Virus record (IMG/VR): IMGVR_UViG_3300028805_000019
Location: 1 to 37,489 of that record
Reading direction: 5' to 3' (one strand)
Source of the DNA: a virus
Length of the DNA stretch: 37,489 nt
In this document: piece after piece, positions 8,203-15,408 of the stretch
Position numbering within the stretch: position 1 is the stretch's first letter
How the letters are laid out: each line of letters opens with the position of its first letter
Made by a program: the position numbers and the translations under genes
The notes under the pieces: generated by a model
Told to the model about the DNA's origin: nothing
Databases searched by the model: none
Seen by the model: only the letters and a program-made list of their open reading frames with translations

Positions 8203-9161
8203 CGCCTGTACTGCTCCCGGGCCAGCCGGGCATTGAAAGTGTAGTTGGTGAACCTCTCCCTGTACTCGGTGTCCGTGTTTTCAAGGTTGACCGGGATAAA
8301 GACCCCTTCCTCCAAGTCGTAGAGGTAGACGAAAGGAGAGTTGAGCAAGTGGTGCATCTTGTCCCCGCGGGTCAGCCAATCCGTTATCAGTTCCCACGAA
8401 GGGGACACCTCGACGGCGTAGTCCCGCGCTCCCCGGTTGGAGGGGTTGCTGTTGTCGTAGTCGTACTTCGTGGTGTGGCGGGTGAGGTTATCGGTTCTCT
8501 TGCCGTGGGCCAGCACCAGCGAATCCCAGCCCCCGTAGGCGTTGATATAATAGACCGCATACCTGGCGCACGTTTTCTTGACTTGATAAGTGATAGTCCC
8601 CACTTGAACGGACACCAGATTGTCAAAGGGGGCGAGGTCTATGATAGCAGCCCCGCCGATTGCGCTGGATGCTTCCGTGGAAAAATCCTCGTTGAAATCG
8701 TTATTGAAGTCTGCCGTCCTTTGGATAGGTCTTACCACCTGTGCGCTTGTTCCGTCCCCGAAGTAGAGGGTAGCCGTTATCTGCGTCCCCGTGATTGCGG
8801 AAATGATGAGCGGCTGGCGGGAATCAAGCGCCCCCAGCGGAACGGACAGGGGCATCGTGTCCGGGTCAAAACTGCAATCGTAAGACCAGTCGTTGTAGAA
8901 GATAATAGATTCCACCGAAGACCCCCCGGCGTAAATGTCGAACTGCTGCGCCATTGCGAAGGGCGTGAACCCCTGCTCCGGCGGCAGGAAGTGCGCGAGG
9001 TAGTCAGCCGCGATGTCGTTTATCTTGACCTTGATGGTGTCCTCATCGGGACGAAGGTAGGCCCGCCCGGAGAAGATGACCGCCCCGTCCACTTGCACCT
9101 CATAGTCCCGGGCCGCGTTCGCTCCAAGGTCAATGTAGTAGTCCTTCCAAATCGGTTGCAT
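8199..9161 (-). CDS. Tail structural protein (distal-tail-like?), 320 aa
   Basis: ATGA overlap with the 874-aa gene. Preceded by the 13-mer motif. Function assigned from position only. Confidence 0.45.
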   Translation of the reverse strand: MQPIWKDYYIDLGANAARDYEVQVDGAVIFSGRAYLRPDEDTIKVKINDIAADYLAHFLPPEQGFTPFAMAQQFDIYAGGSSVESIIFYNDWSYDCSFDPDTMPLSVPLGALDSRQPLIISAITGTQITATLYFGDGTSAQVVRPIQRTADFNNDFNEDFSTEASSAIGGAAIIDLAPFDNLVSVQVGTITYQVKKTCARYAVYYINAYGGWDSLVLAHGKRTDNLTRHTTKYDYDNSNPSNRGARDYAVEVSPSWELITDWLTRGDKMHHLLNSPFVYLYDLEEGVFIPVNLENTDTEYRERFTNYTFNARLAREQYRR

Positions 9162-9175
9162 ATCGTGTGTCTTTT

Positions 9176-9188
9176 CCGTGAAATAGAA
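9176..9188 (-). promoter_or_regulatory. Conserved motif TTCTATTTCACGG upstream of the 8199-9161 gene
   Basis: Near copy of the 13-mer, 15 nt upstream of the ATG at 9161. Confidence 0.5.
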
Positions 9189-9191
9189 AAC

Positions 9192-9218
9192 GAGCGCAAA
9201 TCGTTTCCGAATGCGCTC
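9192..9218 (-). terminator. Hairpin GAGCGCA-N13-TGCGCTC followed by GTTTTCTATTT
   Basis: Perfect 7-bp stem read on the minus strand with a T-rich tail. Lies between motif 2 and the 13-mer. Confidence 0.5.
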
Positions 9219-9234
9219 TAAAACTCGATTTCCC
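9216..9234 (-). promoter_or_regulatory. Conserved motif GGGAAATCGAGTTTTAGAG
   Basis: Copy of the AAATCGAGTTTTAGA family. Confidence 0.45.
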
Positions 9235-9266
9235 GGCCTTGAAGGGCTTTTGGGTATAATTTATCG
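9235..9266. repeat. 32-bp intergenic repeat (copy of 62-93)
   Basis: Direct sequence comparison with 62-93, about 85% identity. Confidence 0.7.
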
Positions 9267-9284
9267 TCTTTTGCTTTAAGGTCG

Positions 9285-9776
9285 CTATTTGGCCGCTATT
9301 TTGCGGATATAGTCCCGCATATCGTGCCCGAGGGCTTCCGCGATTCTCTGCCTGTACCTCTCCGTCACGTTCATCTTCGCTTCTGTGAGGTCTGCCCGGC
9401 CCTTTGTGCCGAACTGCTGAATCTTATGGGCCACCGCGTAGGCGAGTGACCGCTGCTCCGGGAGGGTTGCCGGGCGGGGGAATCCCGGCTTGATTTGAAT
9501 CCACTCCAGCAGTTTACTGACGGGCGGGAACTTGCGCCCCGGATTCCCGGTGTACCAGCCCTTCGTGCCGTATTCGATATATTTCCAGTACTCCTTCAAG
9601 TTCAGCACCACTTCGAAGGCGTTATCCCCGTACTCCACGCGGGCGGTCATCGTGTTAATCAGTTCCCCGGACGCGGGGCGGCCATCCCTTTCAAGGTTTG
9701 CGATGTACTCCTGCCGGACGGCTTCGGCGTATTCCTCCAAGACTTTACGGAGGTTGTCAAGGTTCATCAGTTCCAT
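9285..9776 (-). CDS. HK97 gp10-like head-tail/tail completion protein, 163 aa
   Basis: Start moved to the ATG at 9776 (MELMNLDNL...). RPASGELINTMTARVE...YWKYIEYGT resembles the gp10 family. Confidence 0.5.
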   Translation of the reverse strand: MELMNLDNLRKVLEEYAEAVRQEYIANLERDGRPASGELINTMTARVEYGDNAFEVVLNLKEYWKYIEYGTKGWYTGNPGRKFPPVSKLLEWIQIKPGFPRPATLPEQRSLAYAVAHKIQQFGTKGRADLTEAKMNVTERYRQRIAEALGHDMRDYIRKIAAK

Positions 9777-9777
9777 A

Positions 9778-10062
9778 TCAATGATTCTTCTTCCACTTCT
9801 CAATCTTGGCCTTTTCCTCGGCCTGCTTGTCCCTCCGATACGCAAGGAGGTTCAGAAACTCCAGCGCGGGCAGATTCCACACCTTGTCCCACTCGCAGCG
9901 CAGGGTCTCGCTGACCGCATCCACGCAGCTTATCCATCCCCATCTTTTCGCAAAAGGGCTGACATCCTCTTCCTCCGTTTCGGGTTGGTCTCCCGCTTGA
10001 TTGTCCTCTCCAAAGAGCGTCGGGTAGCCCGAATTAAGGCGGCGTACTTGTTCAAAAAAAAA
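9778..10062 (-). other. -1 frame extension reached by slippage at GCT TTT TTT TTG (GT-like 250-aa product)
   Basis: Hand translation of the -1 frame from the T9 run gives 92 stop-free, protein-like codons (FEQVRRLNSGYPTLFGEDNQ...LEFLNLLAYRRDKQAEEKAKIEKWKKNH). They end at the TGA at 9778-9780, next to the following ATG at 9776. Confidence 0.55.
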
Positions 10063-10529
10063 GCCGACAGGTTCAGCGCATCTTGTACGGACAAGTCCTC
10101 CCGGATGGCGTTCTGTACTTCGACTACATCATAGCCGTCATTGTACTTCATCCCCTCCGGGACAAGGAAGCAGGAAAGAATCTCCACAAGTTTCGCATCC
10201 CCTTCCGGGGCGAGAGTCTGGAAGTCAATGTACTGCGCCGTGGTAATCTTCCGCAAGTCCCCGGTCGGGATAAGGGTGAACTTCCCGGCGTGGTACTTCG
10301 ATGCAATCCTCCCTGTCTTGGTCACGGGCGTTTGCAGGTAGTCGGTCTTGGCTGCGAGTTGGGAGTACTCCGCGATTGGGAGGTTCAGCAGTTCTCTTTC
10401 CGACAGGCCCGTGAGGATGGACAGGACGGCCACTTGGCGGTCGATGTCGCTCTCAATCGAATTGGCCTTGATGATGTCCTCGTACTTTCCGAGGGACAGG
10501 TCTTTGTAGTTATCTATGCAAGGTATCAT
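9930..10529 (-). CDS. Chaperone-like protein, zero-frame product (199 aa); candidate tail assembly chaperone G
   Basis: ATG at 10529; the track start at 10550 is TTG. Contains a T9 slippery run at 10054-10062. The zero-frame tail after the run is basic and low-complexity. Confidence 0.55.
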   Translation of the reverse strand: MIPCIDNYKDLSLGKYEDIIKANSIESDIDRQVAVLSILTGLSERELLNLPIAEYSQLAAKTDYLQTPVTKTGRIASKYHAGKFTLIPTGDLRKITTAQYIDFQTLAPEGDAKLVEILSCFLVPEGMKYNDGYDVVEVQNAIREDLSVQDALNLSAFFLNKYAALIRATRRSLERTIKRETNPKRRKRMSALLRKDGDG

Positions 10530-12645
10530 ACGTTCTTTGTCTTGATGCAAAACCGATGGTATAGTTCCCGGTGTTTTTCCCGGCGAACTGCGTGTAGAGG
10601 GCGTACCTCAAAGCATCCGGGCAATTATGGGCCAGCACCCCGGCGGCGAAATATTCGTGACAATCAGCCACGGATAGGTCATAAACCACCCGCTTTTTGT
10701 TTTTGCCACCGATATTTTGCACCGCAACTACGCGAGCAGGTGCAAGTATCGGAGTAATGGTTTGCTCTGAATGTTTTTCCGCAAATAACGCAGGTTCGGG
10801 TCTCATCGTCAAGTTTTGCATCCCTGCGCCATTTTGATTTACAGGCATTGGAACAGAATCTTGGAATCGTTGCGGAGCGGTATTCAAATCGTTTCCCGCA
10901 ACACTCGCACACCATTTCCCGCACCGGGTAATCTTCCCACATTCTTTTTGCGTGTTCCTTGTGCCAATCCCGGCCTGCCTCGCTATGATGCCATTCCTTT
11001 GCGCTTTCGCTCGCAATACGAAGATGTGCCAGCGCCTCCGCAGACCTCGCGCGGCGCGAACTTTCTTCCCGGTGCTGGGCGTGATGTTCTTTTCTCGGCA
11101 AGCATTCCAAGTTTGAAATATCGTTGTTATGCGTGTTGCCATCCTTGTGATGAACATCATAACCCGCTGGGATAGGGCCGTTATAAAATTCCCACACATC
11201 CCGGTGCATCTTTCGTTTTGCGCGGTTAAAATATCGCTCCCCTTTGTAGAGGTAGTAAGTTTTTCCATTAAAGACCTGTTCAGCAATAGCACATCTCCGG
11301 CCTTGATTTCTTTTGCTTGTTTCCATCCTTTGTCAGTTTTGAGTTTGTGTTCGGGTGTTACCCTTATAACTATCTCAAAATTAACAAATTTTATTGATAA
11401 ATGCAATATCTTTTTGCATCCATTATTCCATCTTTTCAAGACCATTTTCGGGCCTTGCGATGTTATCACAAAATCGCCCGCCTTGATTCGCCGGATAGAT
11501 TTCTCGCCCCTATCGGTCAGCACCTTTGTGTCCCCGGTAAAACAATGTGACCATTCGTGTATCGGGTAGTCGGTAAGGTTCCCGTCCTTATCCTTCTCGA
11601 AGCAGTAATTTCGGAGGTCTTTGATGAGGTCAAGGGAATCCTTCGTGACAAATAATTTCCAGCCCTGCATCCATTGGATTTGGAACTTCCGCTTGTCACT
11701 TCTAACGGGGGCGGATTTGTCGCAGGGCCTTATCTTCAACCCTGTGGCATCCCCGATTTCCTTGATGCTCTTGGGGTCTTCGCAATCGGCCCAAATGTTC
11801 ACATACCTCCCCGGCGGGTCAGATACCAACTTGGCCGTGATATGCTCGTTCTTCATCGCCCGCTCGTAGCACTTCTGCTGGACATAGGCAACTTTCCGTC
11901 CAGGGTCGGCCAGCACCTTGACAATCGCCGTAGGGTCTTGAAAACCGAAGTCCATTCCCCATACCTCCGTTAAGTCCTCGTTCTCCGGGAGTTTGTCAAT
12001 GAGTTGGAAGTCGGGGTAGATAAGGCCCTCCAAACTGCCTACCAGCCCCAAACCATACACCCGCCACCAATTCGCGTCCCCTTGGTTGGCTTCGATTTCC
12101 CGCACCTGCTCCGGGGAGAGAAAAGAATTGTCCTTGTAGGTGGAGTGAATCGTAACGCACTCCTTCCGGGATTCTATTTGCTCCTGCACCCATCCTTCGT
12201 GTGTAGGGTTGTAGTCCATCAGTACCAGCCCACGGGTACGGACAAATAACTGCCGGGCGATTTCCCACGGGATATTCTGCACCTCATTGAGGAAAAGCCT
12301 GTCACGGGCCGGGCCGTGCACCTTCGCCGGGGCATCTGCCGAGAAGAACTCAATCCGGCTTCCGTTCCGCAGGGTGTAGATGCTCTCTCCCTTGCTCCAG
12401 CAGTCCTCGTCCCATAAGTCACCCAGCACCTCCCGGAAGTCACGAATCGCGCCACGTTTGAGGTGCGGGAAGGTCTCGGACACTACACTCGTTATCGTGG
12501 GCCGGGTATCGGACAGGGCCAGCTTGAAAATGAACTGCAAGGCAGCGAAGGTCTTGCCGCTTCGCGTACCGCCGCAGGACGAAACAAACCGCTCCGTCCT
12601 GCCGACAGCATCCACCAGCCTGTCATATACCGGGGTCGTGGTCAT
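10510..12645 (-). CDS. terL: Terminase large subunit (PBSX/Terminase_3-like) precursor containing an intein
   Basis: Walker A motif CGGTRSGKTF, then VWGMDFGFQDPTA, then the nuclease motif ...HEWSH/CPDALRYALY split by the intein. The ATG at 12645 overlaps the upstream stop as ATGA. Confidence 0.9.
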   Translation of the reverse strand: MTTTPVYDRLVDAVGRTERFVSSCGGTRSGKTFAALQFIFKLALSDTRPTITSVVSETFPHLKRGAIRDFREVLGDLWDEDCWSKGESIYTLRNGSRIEFFSADAPAKVHGPARDRLFLNEVQNIPWEIARQLFVRTRGLVLMDYNPTHEGWVQEQIESRKECVTIHSTYKDNSFLSPEQVREIEANQGDANWWRVYGLGLVGSLEGLIYPDFQLIDKLPENEDLTEVWGMDFGFQDPTAIVKVLADPGRKVAYVQQKCYERAMKNEHITAKLVSDPPGRYVNIWADCEDPKSIKEIGDATGLKIRPCDKSAPVRSDKRKFQIQWMQGWKLFVTKDSLDLIKDLRNYCFEKDKDGNLTDYPIHEWSHCFTGDTKVLTDRGEKSIRRIKAGDFVITSQGPKMVLKRWNNGCKKILHLSIKFVNFEIVIRVTPEHKLKTDKGWKQAKEIKAGDVLLLNRSLMEKLTTSTKGSDILTAQNERCTGMCGNFITALSQRVMMFITRMATRITTIFQTWNACREKNITPSTGKKVRAARGLRRRWHIFVLRAKAQRNGIIARQAGIGTRNTQKECGKITRCGKWCASVAGNDLNTAPQRFQDSVPMPVNQNGAGMQNLTMRPEPALFAEKHSEQTITPILAPARVVAVQNIGGKNKKRVVYDLSVADCHEYFAAGVLAHNCPDALRYALYTQFAGKNTGNYTIGFASRQRTYDTLHR
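10679..11326 (-). CDS. HNH homing endonuclease (215 aa) nested in the intein in a different frame
   Basis: PAGYDVHHKDGNTHNNDISNLECLPRKEHHAQH plus two CxxCG..F..FCSxxC zinc ribbons. The frame is offset 2 nt from terL. ATG start at 11326. Confidence 0.8.
   Translation of the reverse strand: METSKRNQGRRCAIAEQVFNGKTYYLYKGERYFNRAKRKMHRDVWEFYNGPIPAGYDVHHKDGNTHNNDISNLECLPRKEHHAQHREESSRRARSAEALAHLRIASESAKEWHHSEAGRDWHKEHAKRMWEDYPVREMVCECCGKRFEYRSATIPRFCSNACKSKWRRDAKLDDETRTCVICGKTFRANHYSDTCTCSRSCGAKYRWQKQKAGGL
11376..11383 (-). promoter_or_regulatory. Candidate -7 box TAATTTTG inside the intein, upstream of the HNH ORF
   Basis: Matches TAnnTTTG, with only a weak ATTG at the -33 position. About 50 nt upstream of the ATG at 11326. 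Confidence 0.3.
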
Positions 12646-13040
12646 TCGCCCTTCTTCCACTTGTTGAAGGCTTCCTGCTCCTCCTTCGATACCAGCACCG
12701 GGACTTCCTTCGTGAATCCAATCTCGGACACCTGCTTCGGCTTCCCGAACAAGCGGTCAAGGATGTCGGAGGTGTAGATGCCCGCCGTCTTACCCATCAT
12801 CCCCTTCGCGTACACCTGAATCAAGTAACCGAACTCCGGGAGTTCCTCGGCGGTCTTGTTCAGGTACTCCGCTGCCGTCTTCTGGTCGGGCAGGGTCAGC
12901 GCGTGGTACAGGGCTGCGTACACCTTCTCCCGGGCATCGGGCGGGATGGACTTTAACTTGGGCTTCCTGCCCGCCCCGGCTGGCTGATTTGTGGCCGAAA
13001 AGCGGTTGCCAATCTTGTTCCCTTTTTCAAATCGTCCCAT
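12642..13040 (-). CDS. Probable terminase small subunit (DUF5681-like N-terminus), 132 aa
   Basis: Sits immediately upstream of terL and is coupled to it. The N-terminal MGRFEKGNKIGNRF...GAGRKPK motif is common in small terminase-like proteins. Confidence 0.5.
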   Translation of the reverse strand: MGRFEKGNKIGNRFSATNQPAGAGRKPKLKSIPPDAREKVYAALYHALTLPDQKTAAEYLNKTAEELPEFGYLIQVYAKGMMGKTAGIYTSDILDRLFGKPKQVSEIGFTKEVPVLVSKEEQEAFNKWKKGE

Positions 13041-13065
13041 CGTAGAAAAATCGTTGATATTTGCC

Positions 13066-13084
13066 GTCTAAAACTCGATTTGCC
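13066..13084 (-). promoter_or_regulatory. Conserved motif GGCAAATCGAGTTTTAGAC upstream of the TerS-like gene
   Basis: Copy of the AAATCGAGTTTTAGA family. Shares 17 identical nt (GAGTTTTAGACGGCAAA) with the 3642-3660 copy. Confidence 0.45.
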
Positions 13085-13126
13085 GGGGTTGACGGACCGC
13101 CCCTGCACGTCGTATCATCGTGGGCG

Positions 13127-13270
13127 TTATGCGCCAAATCTAACCCGTATTCCAAAGAAAGGTGTGAAGTAGAAGCGCTCCGAGAAAATAGTATCCAGCA
13201 CGAAGCCGCCCCCGATTATTTGCGCCAGGATTCTATGCTTCCCATTTTCGCCAGCAATGTAGACATTCAT
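13127..13270 (-). CDS. Possible small ORF (47 aa)
   Basis: Hand-found. Its ATG overlaps the ParB-like stop as ATGA. Translation: MNVYIAGENGKHRILAQIIGGGFVLDTIFSERFYFTPFFGIRVRFGA. Could be a gene remnant. Confidence 0.3.
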   Translation of the reverse strand: MNVYIAGENGKHRILAQIIGGGFVLDTIFSERFYFTPFFGIRVRFGA

Positions 13271-13845
13271 ACTACCTTGCACCCGGGCCAATCCTGCAAG
13301 GTTACTTCGATGGCTGCAGAAATATCGCCCAACTTATCCTCATAGGCGGCGGGAATTTCGACCACGACCTTGATGGGCTTGGGCTTCCCCTCTCCGGCCT
13401 CCTCAAATAGGGCATCCAGCGCACCGGGGTCTTCCGGCTGGCCCGTTATCCACTCCGGCACGCCCCATTCGGCAAGATGCCCGTTATCCCATTCGTTGGC
13501 GAGCTGGTCAATATCCCACGCGCCGAAGGAGCCGTTATCAAGAATTGTCCTGCGCTTGATGGTTTCGTAATCTTCATCCGTTTCCGGGGTGTAGATAATT
13601 ACGGGGACTTCCTTCCGCTTTATCTGCTTCGCGGCGGTCAGCCGGAGATTCCCGGCAAAGGCAATCATTTCCGGCGTGAGCAGGATGGGCCTATCTTCAA
13701 GGAAATCCGGGTCGCGTTCCAGCGATGCGGCGGTCTTGTCAATGTCCGCTTTTGTCCATTGTCGCGGGTTACGGGGTAGCCATTCAAGTTGCCCGTCATT
13801 TGGCGTGATGTCTTTTACTTTTGCGGTGGTGCGTGTTTTTTTCAT
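13267..13845 (-). CDS. ParB N-terminal domain-like (nuclease-like) protein, 192 aa
   Basis: LPRNPRQW...SLERDPDFLEDRPILL...FAGNLRLTAAKQI resembles the ParB/Srx fold motifs often found next to phage terminases. Confidence 0.6.
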   Translation of the reverse strand: MKKTRTTAKVKDITPNDGQLEWLPRNPRQWTKADIDKTAASLERDPDFLEDRPILLTPEMIAFAGNLRLTAAKQIKRKEVPVIIYTPETDEDYETIKRRTILDNGSFGAWDIDQLANEWDNGHLAEWGVPEWITGQPEDPGALDALFEEAGEGKPKPIKVVVEIPAAYEDKLGDISAAIEVTLQDWPGCKVV

Positions 13846-14498
13846 TTTGCCATCATATAAGGGGCGTATATCCGGGCCAGCAAGTAGTCATACTTGTCGG
13901 CGAGGTATATCTGCCCGGTTTTGATAATGTATTCCTCAAATGTCGAATCGTGTTTGCGCGAGTTGCAGGATTTACAGGCGAGAACGATGTTGTGATTTGC
14001 GTTTGTCCCGCCCTTTGATACCGGGGTAAGGTGTTCAAGGGTCGCGGCGTTACCCATATATTCGCCGCAGTAAAAGCACTGATTTCGCTGCGCTGCTTTT
14101 AGTAGTTTGATATACTTCCTATCCACCGGGATTCCAGCAGTCTTATCGCGGCGGCGTTGGTTGTGTCCGCGCATCCGTTCAAGATAGGTTTCATCGCCGC
14201 CCTTCCAGTTGTAAAGTGCTGCGCCGTGGCATTTCGGGGATGCTTTGCGGGCCTCGCTCAACTTGCGGCGGTGTTCTTCCGAAAGGGGGACACCACGCAG
14301 GGCCGCAACTTTGCAATCGTGGCTGCAATACTTATCCCGCGTCCAATCGTAAAACTCCCGGCCACAATGGGCGCAAACTTTCATCTTTCGGAAGCTGACC
14401 GCAGCACATTCGCGGGAGCAGAATTTTGGCGTTCTGTTCTTGTCCGCTTTTTTGCTTTGGAACACATTTCCGCAGGTGGCGCAAACAAATTCTCGCAT
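13842..14498 (-). CDS. HNH endonuclease with N-terminal double zinc ribbon and a NUMOD3-like motif, 218 aa
   Basis: CFYCG...LEHLTPVSKGGTNANHNIVLACKSCNSRKH; GVPLSEEHRRKLSEARK; N-terminal CATCG..F..FCSRECx10CAHCG. Confidence 0.8.
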   Translation of the reverse strand: MREFVCATCGNVFQSKKADKNRTPKFCSRECAAVSFRKMKVCAHCGREFYDWTRDKYCSHDCKVAALRGVPLSEEHRRKLSEARKASPKCHGAALYNWKGGDETYLERMRGHNQRRRDKTAGIPVDRKYIKLLKAAQRNQCFYCGEYMGNAATLEHLTPVSKGGTNANHNIVLACKSCNSRKHDSTFEEYIIKTGQIYLADKYDYLLARIYAPYMMAK

Positions 14499-14504
14499 TG
14501 CGTT

Positions 14505-14843
14505 CTACTTTTCGATTTTAGCGGCCTTTGGCTTGCGGGCGGTGGTTTTCTTGTCTTTGGGTTTGGTGTCGCTTATAGCGGGTTTCTCGGCCTCCTGCGG
14601 GACTGCTGCTGCTTCTTCTCGGGCTTCTTTTTCGGTGAAGTAGAGTTTCCCGGCCTTCTGCAAGATGGAGAGGACACAGGACGCGCAGCCGGGGTTGAAC
14701 CTGGGCAGTTGCTCGGTTTCGTGTACGATGTCGTAGATGCCTTGCAGGGCGCTTCGTCCGGGGTTGCGTGCCCAGCCGGAGCGGACGGCGGTACGGAGGT
14801 TATCTTCGTACTGGCTTAAGTAGTTGAAATCGCGGTCAGTCAT
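14505..14843 (-). CDS. Hypothetical protein with a lysine-rich tail, 112 aa
   Basis: Clean ORF, ATGA-coupled to the next gene. No recognisable motif. Confidence 0.55.
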   Translation of the reverse strand: MTDRDFNYLSQYEDNLRTAVRSGWARNPGRSALQGIYDIVHETEQLPRFNPGCASCVLSILQKAGKLYFTEKEAREEAAAVPQEAEKPAISDTKPKDKKTTARKPKAAKIEK

Positions 14844-15094
14844 ATATCAAGTATCTTTTTCAGTCGTTCCCAAGTCTTTTGAAGGGCGGGGAGGTCTTTG
14901 AGCAAGTCCCGGTAGTGGTGGATGGTGGAGTGGTTCTTCCCCAGCAAGTCCCCGGTCTCCGTTTCGGTCATTCCCATCGTCAGCAGGGCGTTGGCCAATA
15001 AGGCCCGGGCTTCCACGTTCCCCCGCTTGCGCGTGTCTTTGAGCGGGTCGAACCCGGTCAGGTTCTCAACGATAACGGAGAGGTAGTCTACCAT
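14840..15094 (-). CDS. DnaA domain IV-like HTH protein, 84 aa
   Basis: RKRGNVEARALLANALL...TGDLLGKNHSTIHHY resembles the DnaA C-terminal DNA-binding domain. Confidence 0.5.
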   Translation of the reverse strand: MVDYLSVIVENLTGFDPLKDTRKRGNVEARALLANALLTMGMTETETGDLLGKNHSTIHHYRDLLKDLPALQKTWERLKKILDI

Positions 15095-15408
15095 TTGGGT
15101 GTCAGTTTGTCAAAAATCCACAACGAGCCTTCACGAATAAATAGCAGCGCGGCGGCGATTGTTACGGAGAGCAACGAGAGCGCGGCGGATTCAGCAACGG
15201 CGAGCAGCGAGAAATCCACGCAAATAGAGTAGATAAGGCATACCCACCACGTCATACATTGGCCGCAGTCAAATGGCTTCAGCGGCTTTAGTTCCCGGAC
15301 TTTGAGTTTCCGGGCGAGGGCATCCCGCCACGACTGCGTGAAGCCGGACACATCCACGATATAAACGACAATCGCGGCCACGATAGGAAGTTGTGCGTAG
15401 ATGGTCAT
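15088..15408 (-). CDS. Membrane protein, 106 aa
   Basis: Three hydrophobic segments (LPIVAAIVVYIV, WWVCLIYSICVDFSLLAV, LSLLSVTIAAALLF). Confidence 0.55.
   Translation of the reverse strand: MTIYAQLPIVAAIVVYIVDVSGFTQSWRDALARKLKVRELKPLKPFDCGQCMTWWVCLIYSICVDFSLLAVAESAALSLLSVTIAAALLFIREGSLWIFDKLTPKW

Larger units (their letters stand above)
10624..11544 (-). mobile_element. Hint-type intein (307 codons) in the TerL nuclease motif
   Basis: N-terminal CFTGDTKVLT, block B VTPEHKL, C-terminal VYDLSVADCHEYFAAGVLAHN followed by the +1 Cys. Visibly more AT-rich than the flanking terL sequence. Confidence 0.85.

Noticed and set aside
9777-9845. N-terminal extension of the 186-aa ORF (MRIGGTSRPRKRPRLRSGRRIID...).
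   Set aside because: The extension is R-rich junk, and the same nucleotides encode the protein-like -1 extension of the upstream gene. The ATG at 9776 abuts that frame's stop.
13061-13345. 94-aa plus-strand ORF in the ParB-TerS intergenic region.
   Set aside because: It overlaps the conserved minus-strand motif and the end of the ParB-like gene, and its sequence is not protein-like. A minus-strand 47-aa ORF coupled by ATGA is the more plausible reading.
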